The notes beneath the pieces were generated by a model. The model was not told where the DNA came from and searched no databases. It worked only from the letters and a program-made list of their open reading frames with translations. 64,000 nt of DNA. Source: Tubulanus polymorphus. Taxonomy: Eukaryota > Animalia > Nemertea. Both the position numbers and the translations under genes were made by a program. How positions within the stretch are numbered: position 1 is the stretch's first letter; each line of letters opens with the position of its first letter. Shown piece after piece: positions 37,422 through 51,659 of the stretch. The stretch covers positions 18,842,950 to 18,906,949 of the forward strand of contig NC_134029.1 in NCBI RefSeq assembly GCF_964204645.1, read 5' to 3'.

Positions 37422-39051
37422 ATGGTCACTTGTCAGGGGGATGAGGATGGACTAACTGATGTATGTTTGGTAAAAAGCACTGATGAAATACCGCTTGATT
37501 CATCATCATTGCGTATTTAAACATTGGGGCGGAGGGGGTACTTTCTTCTCTCAAACTAAATAAATCAAATCGTTAGGTCGTTGCAGAAGTACCTAAATTT
37601 CGGAGAACGACGATAATTTCTGAGGATTATTACCGTATTATGATTAAACGGGACGAGGATAGTCGCCGCGTTCAAGTATATGTAGAATCTATACATCTCT
37701 CTCTCTCTCTCAATCTCTCAGTGCTTGTCAGCCGAATACATCGCAGGGCGATTGTGGATGCCCGTAATTAAACATGTAACATAATGACATATAATTACCA
37801 ATAATAACGCGCGGTGACCTTATTTTCGAGTGTCGTCAAACATCGGCGAATGCCTCGCAATTTTATGGAGGAATTTTTACTCGCCTTCCTCTCTCTCTCT
37901 CTTGTGTATCGCGATGACTTCGACTCCCGCAGAGCTACCGGAGCCGCCATCTACGAAACGACTGTCATCATCGACAGTTCGCAGATCTACGGCTGAAATT
38001 AGGTGAAGTGCTAATTACTTCTCTATTTTTCGTGCGTCGGTAATTATTTCATGTGATCGTTATTGCCCGGGCGCGCGCGCACCGCATGTTTGTGATTCAA
38101 CAGAGAAAAAAAATGTATGTTATAAAAGTTATCATCATTGTCATATGTATATTTAACTCAAAGGGATGGTGATATCAAAACATCCTTTTAAAAGTGTTTT
38201 TAACCTTCGAGATTCTTTTAAGCTTTGACTAGTTGAACTTGAATCTATAAACTGTAGGTCTGGGCCCTGACGGTATCATCATAAGCTGTGATCATACAGC
38301 GACGATTTGGCCCGGTCCAAAATGGCATGGATCGGGCCCGAATTGAATTTAGAAATTTAAAGAATTTAAGCATTTAATGTCGAACTTCTCTCATTTTTGT
38401 GCAGAAAATAGCAGGTACCCAGGTGGGTCCATATTTTGCACGTCGCAAATTGAAGAGTTGTAAGTTTGCTTGCTATAGTATCCTCGTTCGAAGCTTCAGT
38501 GTGCAGAAAAAACTAACATATCATGCTGTTTCATTCAGACAATTTGTAATTACCGACATCATCTAACTCGCTGAACTGTTGAAGATGGTTACTCGTACTG
38601 GTTAATTAAGAGAAGATCCAGGACTGGAAATTCATTTAAAAAGATTTCAAATTTCCGCGATGGCACAATTATCATTTGTCGTATCAATTCACATGTATTA
38701 TGTAGGCCTACCTGTACATAGTACACGTGAATATAAGGTTCAAATTTAGGGAATTTTGTATTTGTATAAGGTATATTAGTTAATGCCGTTAAATGTTAGG
38801 TAACATAGCCTATATAAGTTACTTTTAAGTGTTAATGTCTTTAAAAAATCAGCCTCTATAACCTATATCTCTTGTCAGACTATCGATCATCTCTCCCTGT
38901 GTAATTGAAGTAAGTGTTGAAACTGGTTTTAAGTTGTTAGATTGGCTCCAGATGGTTTTAGACTGGTCTGAAATCTAAGACTGCATGCAACTGGTTCTAG
39001 GGCTTCATCTATCAGGCCTGCTGGTAGCCATATCGTTCCTTTCTGAGATAA

Positions 39052-39330
39052 AGCCCATGATACACACGACTCAGGGAAACACAGAAACAGGAGACGAAAC
39101 ATGTTTCTGAGTGTTTCCTCGTGTTGTGTGTGCAAACGGGTAACATAAGTTTCGCAAACAATGTTTCCAAGGTCAAACATGTTTGATTTCATGTTTCTGA
39201 ATGTTTCCTTGTGCCATGTGCGTAAAGGGGAAACATAAGTTTCGCAATTAATGTTTCCAAGGTCAGACATGTTTGATTCATGTTTCTGTGTTTATATATT
39301 TCCCTGTTTCCCTGTCATGTGCGTTGGGCT
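39052..39330. mobile_element. MITE family B (PIF/Harbinger-like) with TAA TSD and internal repeats
   Basis: taa|agccca...cacacgac ... gtcatgtgcgttgggct|taa; GAAACATGTTTC sub-repeats and a ~90-bp internal duplication. Confidence 0.82.
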
Positions 39331-41396
39331 TAACGGAATGGTCAGTTATTACGGAATTGTTGTTATAGATAGCTGCTCCATACTTTCCATGTTTTCTTAT
39401 TAGGCTTGTGGTGTTAATACATTTAAACCAGCAATCTCTAAATAACGCAAAGATTTGCGATGATAATTCTTCATGTGAAGCTCTGCGATGTCTGTCAGTA
39501 AATATCAGTTTATCTATGTAGCACATCTGTCACTAAGTATTGATCATCAATTAAAGCTAACTGCCAATAGAACCAGCTGATCTTGTGGTGCATTTTAATC
39601 GGACGGATCGTGTTAGATATAGTTATCGATTTCCGGATCATCAAATACAAGTCAATATCTCAATCTTAAAGGTTTTTCATGCAAGGTGCCCTGATTGGGT
39701 GAGAAAATTAGAGTGGTTAACCGAAGATGATACCGGGGTTGATATAGGATAATTGGAAGGCGGGGCCCAAAAGATAATGAAGGGTATCGGATAAAGGAGC
39801 CATGCTGAAGGACACAAGCAGGTTTACCTCGAGAGTTTTTGAAAAAAAATATATGTATATGTATAAACATAATGTGTATTTAAATTAAAAATGATGCTTA
39901 ATTCAAAAAGATATTTCTGTGAGGATGCGTGTGATAAGCAGGTTCGACCAGGCTCATGCCTAATTGTAGTATGGATCAAATTATTCTGTGTGAATTCTGA
40001 GAAATGTCTCACTTTCCTTGCGGCGGCATCGTTTTGAGAGTATTTTAGTATCGAGTGAGTGATTTTCATGTGAATGCGCTCACTCATTAGGCATGGGCCA
40101 AATTTGACTCTGGGTCAGTGTGGCCCGGGCCAAATTGTCGGATCACAGTTTAAGTGTAATGCATCATTTCGATAAGTCGTCGACATAATTCTGGTGCTAG
40201 ACATAATTCTGGTCCTAACCAAGCACGATCGATTTGTCAGTTTGAAACGGCCCTTCGGATATAGGGAAATATTCAAAGCTATCTATGGTAGGTTAATTCC
40301 CATCGATATGTGTGTCTGTGTCTGTAAACTATAAACATTTTGGGTTGGGGGAATTATTAAAATTTTCATGGCCAGTCATATATGTGAGTTTTGCATAATT
40401 CATCGGCAAGAGAGAACATGCTGTATTGGCATTTAATATCGAAGTTGTAATGATTAAATTGGTTGCCTGTTCGGGGAAAAGGTCAGTTTAAGTTGACCAA
40501 CGAGAGTCTAGCCGATTAGGAAGTGGACATTAGGGTTATATAAGTCACACCTCATATTGATAGTGTCTGTAAGCAGGGACCTGGCTATGAATTGAGTGAC
40601 AGTGTGGATTGTGTATTGGTCTGGTTGGTCATTTGTTGTTTACTTAAACTAGATAAAATGTCCTCATAATGCTCTGGTATAGGATTCCCGCGTGACAGTA
40701 TTTAAGCATACGATTCTAGGTTCTAGGTTTGTGATAATTTTTCCAAACCACGGATTAGCTAAGGCCTATAAGTCTAGCTTAGAATAAAGCTCGTTCAACT
40801 TTTGGTCAGTAAGTGAATAAATGACGATTCTTTATGACACAAGGTCTCCGTATCCTGTTTGTCTGTTTCATTCTTGGTATTGGCCTGAAAAAGTGGTGCT
40901 TTAAGCCGCCCGTGCGGGAAAAAATGTTCCGTGGGCATTTTGCGCTACGCATAGTTAGTAGTTAGCTTAGAATATCGGCCCTCGCAGCCAAAAAATGCAC
41001 TCAACAAAGGAGCTGTGGCAAGTGTGTATATACATCATCGCGTAAGTCGCTGTCAAATTGTTCATTTATTTAACCAACTCGTCATGCTCGAGTACCCAAC
41101 TCGGCTCATTTATTTAGACGATTTACCAACGCGAGTTCCACTGGTTCACATTTCAAGATGGCGCCTGTGTCGAGTGTGTTCATTGATCGAACAAAAAATA
41201 AAATGGCAGCTTTTTCAATCACAGAAAATCTGTTTGGTAAAACGCCTCATCTGCAGAATTTACAAGCGCTTTTGCGTCGCCCGAGTTGCATTCAATTGAG
41301 TAGAAATGAAATCTTCTGTTCTTTTCACGATCGTAAAAAATTTGAATCGAAAAATCTCGCAAGGGAAAAATTACGATTCTGGTAATCAGCCGAAGT

Positions 41397-41691
41397 CAGG
41401 GGTGGATTCAGGGGCATGTTGTGACCATGTCGACCAATAAAAAGGGCATATATTCTTAATTTAGGGCGGAAAGCATATCAGCAAAATTTTTGAAAATTAC
41501 TATCATTTTAGAGCTTTCTGAGCATCTCTGAGAGGCATTTAGTTAAGAAACATACGTTATATATTTAGGAAAATATCTATTGGATATCTCAGGTGGTTAC
41601 AACGGCAAATTTTGATACAGAGAAAAAAAAGGCACTTTGAAATTCCGACCGTGTTGGGCGACACGGTCGACACGGTCTAAATCCGCCCCTG
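41397..41691. mobile_element. MITE with CAGGGGYGGAT termini and 5-bp TSD
   Basis: gaagt|CAGGGGTGGATT ... AATCCGCCCCTG|gaagt. Confidence 0.8.
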
Positions 41692-42146
41692 GAAGTTGGT
41701 TGCTATGTTGTTTCTGCCGTTTGGTCACTTGTAAAAAAAAGAAAGTTTAATTTTTTTGCATGTGTATTATACGTACTGCATTTAGAAAAAAATATGAAAC
41801 ATCTGGCATGTTGAAGCCAGTGGCGCCTCTGACCTGATTATTAACGATATAGATTACCAGTGCTTGTTTTTACGCGCGGCTAGATGTGTATATGCAGCGC
41901 GATTCTACCACACATTATAGTGTCATAGGTATTAGCTCCTTCCCACACGCTGTAAGCTCCGATGTCGTCGCATGTTCAAAGATTTATTTACGTTATCGTA
42001 CCTCCGTAAGATCAAAAAACGTTTGTTCGGATCAAAGGACAAGTCGGAATTTAGCATTCTAGGTCGCCGCGCGGTTAAGAGCGTTGGAACGGTGTCTAAA
42101 ACAATAACGTGTTTCGAATAAAGAAGGTGAGGAATTATTAATGCTA

Positions 42147-42332
42147 CAGTGGAACCTCGTTGTAACGATTTTGGATACAATGATTCATCTGATATAACAA
42201 ATGTAGAATTTTGTAGAAGGAAAGACAATTTGATACAATTTCATACTACTGGATAAGACAAACTATCAGTTATAACAAACAGATTTTCTGGTCCCACGAA
42301 GTTCGTTGTAATTTTTACCCGAGGTTCCACTG
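42147..42332. mobile_element. pogo/Tigger-like (Tc1-mariner) MITE
   Basis: TA|CAGTGGAACCTCG ... CGAGGTTCCACTG|TA. Confidence 0.88.
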
Positions 42333-43268
42333 TATATCGATAACCTTGCAGTCTCTTCACTTGATAAGTGTAAGGTGAGTTGGGTACAGAGTAATCTGAC
42401 CCCTAAAACTTACATTTGTATTTTGAGAGGTTTGTGGTTTTTACTCCCACTTGCCATAGGGCTGATTGCCTCGGATTGTCACGAACCCTGGACAAAATAT
42501 TTAAGATCTTTCTACTTTATGTGAAGACAATCTGTGTTTGTGCGACTGCCCCAGATTTCGCTTGCCTCGAAAATTTATTAGTCCCTCGATATCGGAGGTA
42601 GCAGAATCAACTGCGCTTCGGATGGAACTGGCCTCGTTGGCAATATCAGTTCATGTTCCTGATACGACGTGACATTAAGAGAATAAATGATAGTTAATCA
42701 TTCCAATGTTTGCTGCGCTACTTTCATTGATTTATTCAAAGAGGAAAAAATGATTCGCTACAAATCGTTATAAAAGAATGTAGTTGTAATCTGCTCATTG
42801 ACATATCGAACCTAATCCGAGCTATAAATGATTGTACAGTTCATATGTCCAACCAGTTCCCACATTTATGACATCCTGTTATAATCATTTAATCATCCGT
42901 GCTACTCTAACTAACTAGTTATATTAGGCCTCTCATAATTTTCCCCGTATACTGGCAGTGAAATACAACGTACGCAGATTACATATGTGTGCTATTTGGT
43001 CAATTTCCGTACTATTTGGTCAATTTCGTGGGCCATTTACGTGCCAACGGAAATTGTTGATAATTACTAAGCGAGGACCAGTGCAATTATAAGTAGTGTA
43101 AAATATGACTTATACCGAGTGATACCAGCAAACATGACAGCAGCGTATGTATGTGTGTGTGTGCCCGAATAGACCGGGCAGATTTCATCCGTTAAACCCT
43201 AATAATGACGTACGTTATCCTAGGAATGTATAACGCCTTAGAATATCTCGCCACACCGGCATCAGTGA

Positions 43269-43529
43269 CGGGGGTGGATCTAGGGTCTGATTCGGGGAGG
43301 GGTGCACCCCCGAAATTGGGCATTTCATATATTATAAGTAAAAGGGCATTCCGAAAGAAAGCTCATCAGAAAACATTAACTCATTCTTTGAAATAAACAG
43401 GGCAAGCTTATAAATTTAAACTTTTTTAGATATCAATAAAACATATTTTATTTTGACGAAAAATTTCAGGGCAACGAAACATTTTAAGGGGAGGTGCACT
43501 TGTGCACCCTTCCCTTAGATTTGCCCTTG
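43269..43529. mobile_element. MITE with GGGGYGGATCTAG termini; sister copy at 53229-53467
   Basis: Both copies share gatctagrgtctgattcggggaggggtgc...gaaagctmatcrgaaaa and end in gat..gccc..g. Confidence 0.7.
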
Positions 43530-45682
43530 CGGTAGCTTATCAGAGGCACGTAGGTGGCATTTTTAGGGAGGGGCACACGCCCTGCAACCTCCGCTTGGAT
43601 TTGCCCCTGTGGTGACCGAGGTATGGATGCTTTTGTTTGATACCTGGAATATTTTTCTCGCGCAACACTGTCTACCTGTGAGGTTCAAGAGCCTGGTTCG
43701 GAAATGAACTAATTCCCATTCCAGAGTAAAAGTGAAACTGAAAGTAGGTCGATAAATCTATCTCAGGAAGATCGTGTGGATTAAGACAATTTGCTCTCGT
43801 TCTAGTAAGCTGATTCCCCCACCCAACATTCCGCTAGAAAATTACACAAATTCATTCCGGTATCAGTGTATAATAATATAGGCTGATATTAACGTCATCA
43901 ATAACCTCCGGTAATAAGGACACGCTTACAGTTACTCGATATAGCGTCCATTTCCGCTGAAGAAAACGAGTAATTGAAATAGCGATTTTCTCTCGAGGAA
44001 AGTCGTGGCAACGGCAGCAGCCGTTTTTCAAGCATTCATGTGTAATAAGACATTCAGTTCCGGCGGTAGACTTTATACATTTCTTACCCCAATATAGCTG
44101 CATCTCGACTAGCGTGTACTTTCAACCCAGGGCTTTGGTCGGCGATTTAAGTCCCACAAAATGGTCGGGAATCTCGGGACTGGTCTTCGATTCGAGCTCA
44201 AGGCGCACAATCCTGGAAAACTCGGGGGGGGGGGGGAATCAGAAAAATACAGACAAAAACCAGTGAAATTCTGACATATTTTGCAAAATCCTGGAAAACT
44301 CTAGGAATTCTGATAATTTTATTGACTACCACGTTTCATTATCAATGTGATTCATAGAAAAATGAATAAATTCTGACATGGAATCAAAAGTGTTTGATCT
44401 CAGAAACATTGTTTCCCAAAACCATGTTTCTTGTAAGGGCACATAACAGAGGGAAATGCTTGGAAACATGTTTCTGTCTCCTGTTTCCATGTTTCCCTGT
44501 GTCAAGTCTACCGTGCAACTGTCCCCAGGTTTTTTATGTTTAGTCTTTGGCTAGAAATGACGTAGTCCTAATAGTACCGTAAAGATTTGTCTAGCTGTTA
44601 CTCAGTTGTTTCTGTCTAGTCAATGAATGGTCTCTAAATGCACGACTAACATTTACATTTCAACTGGTGATGGATGCACCTCTATCATAGATGGTCATGG
44701 TTGTAATTAGTTGAGACTATTTCCTGCCTCAGTGAATATCATAAGCAACTGTTTTTTCAGGCGGGAATCCTTCCACCCTTCTTTCGTTTTTCAAATTAAC
44801 TCTGCAGAAGTATTCCACCCGAAACGTAAAAGAAAAAAAATAATAACAGTTGTTTAAATCGATATTGTGGTTTTCTCTTAATGATATAGATGGCCATTCT
44901 CGGTGATTCGAAGTCCTTGCTTAGACGTGAAGCTTGAATTTTATATATCATCATCATCTATCCGCTGTATATGGCAGACGATCACACTGCGCTTATAACA
45001 ACATACACTGCGCCGGCGCCACCGTTGACATTCACGTCCACATTCGTGCTCTCCGGAGTCTTATAATCTCCAGTAGCTGCGTGTGACGACGTGAAAATAG
45101 CAATACGAGACAACTTTTCACCGTTCTGTTTTCTCTTTCTCGATGGTGTACAATAACAGCACTGTTACAACAGCTATTAGCATCATCCATGCACATGAGA
45201 GACAGAGACGTTTTACTGCACTCTCGTCGCAGCTCTTCAAAATGTTCAGTTTGATGCTGCGCTTTTTCGAATTCTAGCCGTTTTTGTCGCGTTCGAATGT
45301 GGGAAACTTGTTTGTTCAGCGATGCGTTAGTCGAAAACGGAAATGAGTTTTTCGAACAATTCGGTGGATGGATGTTAAGTACCCGGCGCGGTGTGGGCTT
45401 CAATTAGAGTTTCTGCATTACAGTGGCGCGTGCTCTGCCAAATGGACTTGCAGTGAATTACGGTGGGACTAGGTAGCAGTAAGGATTCGAAATAAAAGAG
45501 AGGTATGATTTTCAAATCTAGATACCGGCTTTTGATTTCTTTGTTGGTGGCAAATTCTCGCTTCCGACCTTGATCCGTCCCTAGCATGACCGTATGAAAC
45601 GCGTAGCATCAATACAAAACATGTAATGCGTAATATCACATTCTCAAGTCATAATTTCACAGTCAACTCGTAAGCCTTTATG

Positions 45683-45958
45683 AGCTGCGACCACACGCAG
45701 ACGATTTGACCCGGATCAAGCCCAAGCCAAATTTGGACTGTGCCTATATTTAGAGAGCGTGTTCACACGCAAACCACTCACTCGATACTTGACAATGCTC
45801 AAACAAAGTGAAGTGATTCATTTCTAGAACTAGTTGCAATCATTTGTCCCGTGCTAAAATTTGGCTTGGGCCTGATCCGACATTTTTGGTCGGGCCAAAC
45901 AGGCACGTGCCCATTTGTCACCTGTCTGAACAGTTGTTCCGGGCCAAATTCGGTGGCT
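45683..45958. mobile_element. MITE family A copy
   Basis: agctgcgaccacacg start; internal match to the 57327 copy. Confidence 0.8.
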
Positions 45959-46928
45959 ATAGTCAACTCATAACTTATCAGTCAACTCATAATGTATAAG
46001 ATAAGGAGACTACTCTAAGATCACAAGGTCTTTTGTGAAAAAATTGAGTTATATTTTTTGCGGTAATGGCATTTCATACTGACCTCCCTCCCTCCCTCCC
46101 TTGATTTTTGCATGAACGTCATTAACTTATCAGTTCTGGTTTCCAAATGTGTATTTGAATTTTTGTATCGGTATTCATGGGGGAAAGATCTTCAGAGAGT
46201 CGAGATCAAAGGTGACCTTGCATTTTTTCAACTCAGACTGCTCTGTTACAAAATGTCTAAAAAACATGTGGTTTTGTTTGACTTGCAAGTGACTTCTGTC
46301 TGCGTATAAAAAACTCAGGTTCGCATCGGGGTTGTTGATTGGCTAAACGCGATAGCTCCTGTGTTATACGGCGGCTTCGGTAATAAGGTTGCTGGATAAT
46401 CTTATCAACTGACGGCGCTGCACAACCACCTTCGGTGCCATCTTTCCCCGGATTTTGCGTGCTGTGAATCTGTAATAGGTTTTTCCGTCGTGGCGCTGGG
46501 AAAATTGTATTTAAATCGGTATGCTATTCAAAATGTGCCACCAGACTTGACGCAAGATATTGGTCCCTTTTAGCCTTGAGGTTCCTGAATGTGAATTAGA
46601 AAATAAGAATACATTTCGTTCCTCCTTGACAAATTAATAAATGCTTTCCGGTCATTCCTCACTTCCTTGATAATAACGATAATTCCTTGAGGGAATATGA
46701 TTCTAATTACTTGCTCCAGATTTTTCGCTCAATTCTAGACTGATTTCTTGTTGAACTTTGTTCAATCCGACTGCCATAATGTTAGTCATTTAATTATACC
46801 TCGAGACATAAAGTCTTGGGGGCTGCTGCTAAAAAGTTGATTTTAGAATTAACCGGCAGATAACCCAAATACGGGTTTATAATGCAATTTCCCTTGTCGC
46901 TATGGTATTTATTCATTGGTTTGCTTAA

Positions 46929-47232
46929 CCCCTTCAGTGCTAGCTTTTAATACCCAAAAGTGCGGGATGAATAATTCTATGATGAATGCATTTTTCTTTA
47001 GTGCGTCTACACTGCGGTGCGGTGTATCGTTAATGACTAATATTTCTCTGACAGGTGCTGCCATCTTTCAATAGAGATAGAAATTTATTACTAATAACAT
47101 CATTAGGTCGCGATGCATCAATACATTGTGAAGCTAGGTCCATCACCAATTTATACATCGCACTGTGGTGAAGATGCACTGAAGGGATTGAACCAACTTC
47201 TGCCATTTTGCTTTGAAAATAAATACAAGATG
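46929..47232. mobile_element. piggyBac-like MITE family C, rearranged copy
   Basis: ttaa|ccccttcagtgct start; reverse-complement internal block gacaggtgctgccatctttc. Confidence 0.65.
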
Positions 47233-47864
47233 AATTATCCAAACGACGGCTAAAGATCAGTAAAACGGAAATCTAAGTTAGGTCTTGAAAATAGAAAAAC
47301 AGATAGAGATTAAGTAATGTAATGACTTATCCGATAATGACTTATGCCAAGTTGGCTATAATGAGAGTCCACCGTCTGAGAGTTAGTGCAAAACTTATAC
47401 TGGTAGAGATGACGCATATGGAGCATTCACAAATAGCAATTATCTTTGGTTGCAGCAATCTGATGATAACGGAATCATAATAAAAAGAAGAGTCAATCAG
47501 TATATCGATAATCTGATCAGATTTACGACCGTATAGCATGACGTTAATGACCATCAAAAATGAATTGTCCCATAAGTTGTTCATGATTGCTTCAATTTAG
47601 CTGCAGAAGATTTCATTAGTCTCCGTCGGCATGATCTCTTTTTATAGATCTCCGATATTCTTCTTCGCGAATTGAGGGACGTTTTTTTTCTCTTGAGAGG
47701 AATATTCTGTCGGTATTGTATCTCGCTATATATGCGTCTATTGTACGTGTTCCGCAATTAGATTTTCAGACTTTTTCGGAAGAAAATCTTGAGACAACCA
47801 GCGTGCGGCGATATTGTTAGTGATTCATATGTCTGAAATACTAAGACTGCATTCGTGCGTCATA

Positions 47865-48132
47865 AGCCGCAATCACATGGAGATGATTCGGCCCAGGCCA
47901 AAAAGGCACAGATCAAACTCGTACCAAATTTGGTCCATGCCTAATTGGAGAGCAGAGCGCGTTCACATGCAAACCACTCACTGGATACTAGACGCTCAAA
48001 CAAAGCGAAGTGGGTCATTTCCGGTACCAAACGCAATTATTTGTCTCGTGCTAAAATTTGGCTCGGGCTCCGGCCTATTTGATACCCCTGTGAACATTGT
48101 TCCGCGCCAAAAATGCTCATGTGGTCTCGGCT
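47865..48132. mobile_element. MITE family A copy with ATA target-site duplication
   Basis: ata|agccgcaatcaca ... gtggtctcggct|ata. Confidence 0.82.
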
Positions 48133-48348
48133 ATAGTTGACAGTTGATCATCTGAGTTGGGCTAAATCTCTATGGGTTCTTATCTCAGGTCGCCCGTACA
48201 GACCTAGCTGCCAGTGTCGATATCTAAAAACAGCTCGAACACGATTCTGACCCAGACTGCCATTTTGAACAATCGCATGACATAGCAGTCACGATTCGAC
48301 TGCGATCGGTAGTAGACGTGCTCAGATTGTCAACGATTACATGACTTA

Positions 48349-48569
48349 AGCCGCGATTACACGAGCATTTGCATAAGTCATGATCGGATAATGATTGCTT
48401 CAGAATTGCAACTGACACCGGAAATGATCCACTTCGCTTTGTTTGAGCATTGTTGAGTATCGAGTGAATGTTTTGCGTGTGAACGTGCTGTCTAATTAGG
48501 CACGGGCCAAATTTGGCTTGATCCGTGCCAATGTGGCCCGCGCCAAATCATGTCCATGTGATCGCGGCT
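48349..48569. mobile_element. MITE family A copy (reverse) with TTA target-site duplication
   Basis: tta|agccgcgattacacg ... gtgatcgcggct|tta; the 3-bp TSD supports PIF/Harbinger. Confidence 0.85.
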
Positions 48570-49498
48570 TTAGTCGTATAGTCGCAAGGAGTCATGAGCC
48601 AGTCACATGCGCGACTTTAAGTGACTGGTGATATTTTGGTCGCTGGCGGTTGGTAGATGTGCTCAGGTCGGTGTAACTAGTGACTTATCGGTGAGACACT
48701 CACAATACTAGTTGCTTCTGGTTCGGTCATGTTGTATATGGGTGACCTGAGCAGAAGCTGTGAATGACTTAAAGTAGTGGCAGCCATTTTGTGGGCTCAG
48801 ATATATTCACTTGATCTGCCTTGTTGTGAGTTGATTCCTCGAAGACGAACATCTTTGTTGAACTAGTCTAACAATCACCATTGATAAAACACTCAATCCG
48901 TGTTGTGACGATAAAATAACGGGAATCCCACGATGATAATGACTGAAGTCCGAAAATATTTCTAGAGCCTGTAGTTTATTTGACGTTTCGACTATTCTAA
49001 TAGCCATTTTCAGGAATACGTATTCCTGAAGATAGTCACACTTATTCTGAACCAAAACTGCATTTTCATCTATACCTATGGCGTTGATATATATAATTCC
49101 AGGAAAACACGCCCGTTTTTGTAGTTAATTCGATTACGTCTGTTTTATGAGAGGACACGCAGAGTACTGATTGCCTTGACGAGAAATCGATGTCGTAAAT
49201 TGTTTGCGTTATACCCCGAGAAAATCGAAAAATCCGTCCGTTGAGAACAATCTCCCGTCGTCGCGTCGAGGCCCCGCGGGACAACTCGGAAACCAATCGT
49301 CCTCTCTTACGAAACAAATTATTGGATCGTTTCGTACAAAGTCGCGCATTAGGAAACGACGACGCGAGGCTATTATAAGACTGCGCGTCTTTAAGATGAA
49401 GATATGAAGTCAAGGCCACAGCGTGCACGTAAGTGCGTGTTGGTTTTTCTATGAAATCACACCTTGCTAGAACTCGGATCAGATATTGGATCAGACAT

Positions 49499-49648
49499 TA
49501 AATCGTAGCCTAGCCGGTGTGGCGTTCCCATTTATTGTCCGTCCCTCCGTCCCCGTAGACGTGGGATACGCGGAGCGCAGCGGGGACGAATGAGTCAGTC
49601 GCCGCAACGAACCCCCCTCGAAACCTAATTAGAAATTGACGTTCATCC
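49499..49648 (+). repeat. Dispersed duplicate of 51255-51401 (~145 bp, near identical)
   Basis: taaatcgtagcctagccggtgtggcgttcccatttattgtccgtcc...cctaattagaaattgacg occurs twice, ~1.76 kb apart. Confidence 0.92.
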
Positions 49649-51429
49649 GACGATCAGACATTGGATCAAACTAATTTTGGTTATCAGGCTTCCACAAGAC
49701 CTTTATTCTCATACTATCTGACTACACGTGATTCCCGCAGTAGAGAACTGGGAAATTAGGAAAGACTTTGGAATTTTTGAATGATATTCCCAGTTCGGAA
49801 ATATTTGGGATTTCGAGAAATTTCTTCTGATCAGGGAAAAATTTGGGAAATTCATTTACGTTCCACATATTGTATTTGCCAAGGGCAACTTTCCTCAGCA
49901 ATTTCTCTTGAGAATCACCTTTATCAAACAGTTACCTATAAGATGTTGACGGTAGCATGATGGTATCTGTTCATTTCCATTTGGAAAAATTGAAAAATCA
50001 CCCATAAAAAACTAGGGGGAACGGTGTCTACATGTCTTGTCTTTCAGCTATTACTTAGCTTTGTTAATAGTTGGTCGATCTTGATGAAACTTGGTTGCTA
50101 TGTTAGTACGGGGATCTTTTAGTTGTGCAGCGCAAAATATGGGCACAGTGCGCCACCTAGCAGCAGAACTAGGCACTAAAAACTCTGTTTTACAGCAACA
50201 TGGCCTTGAAGATGACCTCATAACTGAGGAAGGTATAACTTGAAAGTTATTGACGCCTTGAAAAGTAGTACAGATACAGCCTAATATTGCCGATAATAAA
50301 TAGTATAATATGAATTGTATAATATTAAGGATGAGTAAAGTTATTTTGGATTTGAATGTATCGATAATTGAATTGACCGGTAGCCAGTCTAACCACATGT
50401 ATCGAAAAAATGATGACTAGAATTCATTCAAAAATGAAATAAACAAAATATGATTTACGAGATATATTCCATTACAAAATAAATGCCAAAATTCAAAATT
50501 GTAATCGAAAAGTCAATTTTGATAAGTAGTGCACATTGACTCATACAGAACTGCTTAAATAACGCATCTTAGGTGTCAATGCAAACAATAGTATTTTCAC
50601 AGTGTCAAAAAAGTAAATTTTTAACCATTTCCGTGAGGGCCTGCTGGCGAATTGCCGACATTGATTCGATGACTCGCGATAAAAACTTGATTTTATCGTT
50701 GGTGGCTGTCGCGCGATTGTTTTCACCTGGATGATACCGGAGCGGTTAGCCGGGGACTGAAAGGTTATGCCTCGAAGGCATAACGAATAAAAAAATAAGT
50801 CAACTCGCGTTTCATATCACGCCGCGAAAAACGGGGGAGGTTTTTTAAGTGGATTATTGTTCGCGCGCGGAGCTGAATGCCTCGGTGGCGGCGTCAACTT
50901 CAAAGCGACTATAATCGGCGCAAACCGTAAGCCTAATGATTCGAGCGAGCACCCTGATAGCAGGAAGGGGGGTAATATATGCGCGCCGTAAAAATGGAGG
51001 CTGTGAAAAATTTACCTGTTATTTTCTCTCTATTTCTAGGTGAATGCGGAGGTAAACAGAAGGTGAAGCGATTATTTTTGCGAAGGATTGTATTTATTGC
51101 CGTTTATTGTCGCGATTATTGTCGTTTAATTGTCGTCCGCTTGACTCGTAGCGAACGCCGCCCGAAGACTTGCTTCGACGCAGCTGGTGAATACAACCTT
51201 CGGTGATTAAATATTTACGATTTTTTCATCTCCCCGTTCGTCATCCACCGGCCATAAATCGTAGCCTAGCCGGTGTGGCGTTCCCATTTATTGTCCGTCC
51301 GTCCCCGTAGACGTGGGATACGCGGAGCGCAGCGGGGACGAATGAGTCAGTCGCTGCAACGAACCCCCCTCGAAACCTAATTAGAAATTGACGATCATCC
51401 GTTGAGTGATATATTTCAACGGCGCTCTG

Positions 51430-51659
51430 GCTCTGGTATAACTACAGAGCCGCGTTTCAGTCAGCGTGGCCGGCAGCCGCGCTCTCACTCGCTCACTCTC
51501 GCGTAGTATAGTCTCGCTCGGATTTATACCAGACACGCTTGTTCTGCGTCGATCTATTTGTGCGTGTATATGTGTGTGTGTATGTAGTGAATTATTCCGG
51601 ATTACGATAACTTGGGATTCCTCGGAACGCCGGCGTAACATCGGATATAGACATGAAAG
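51430..51659 (+). promoter_or_regulatory. CpG-rich promoter and candidate first exon ending ATG AAA G|gtgagt
   Basis: TATA-like TATAAC at ~51437, TCAGT initiator-like motif at ~51457, consensus donor after 51659, upstream AP-1 site TGAGTCA. Confidence 0.4.

Noticed and set aside
45032-45403. 123-aa minus-strand ORF
   Set aside because: Non-ATG start, no domain signature or supporting splice partners; likely a chance ORF in a CpG-rich patch.
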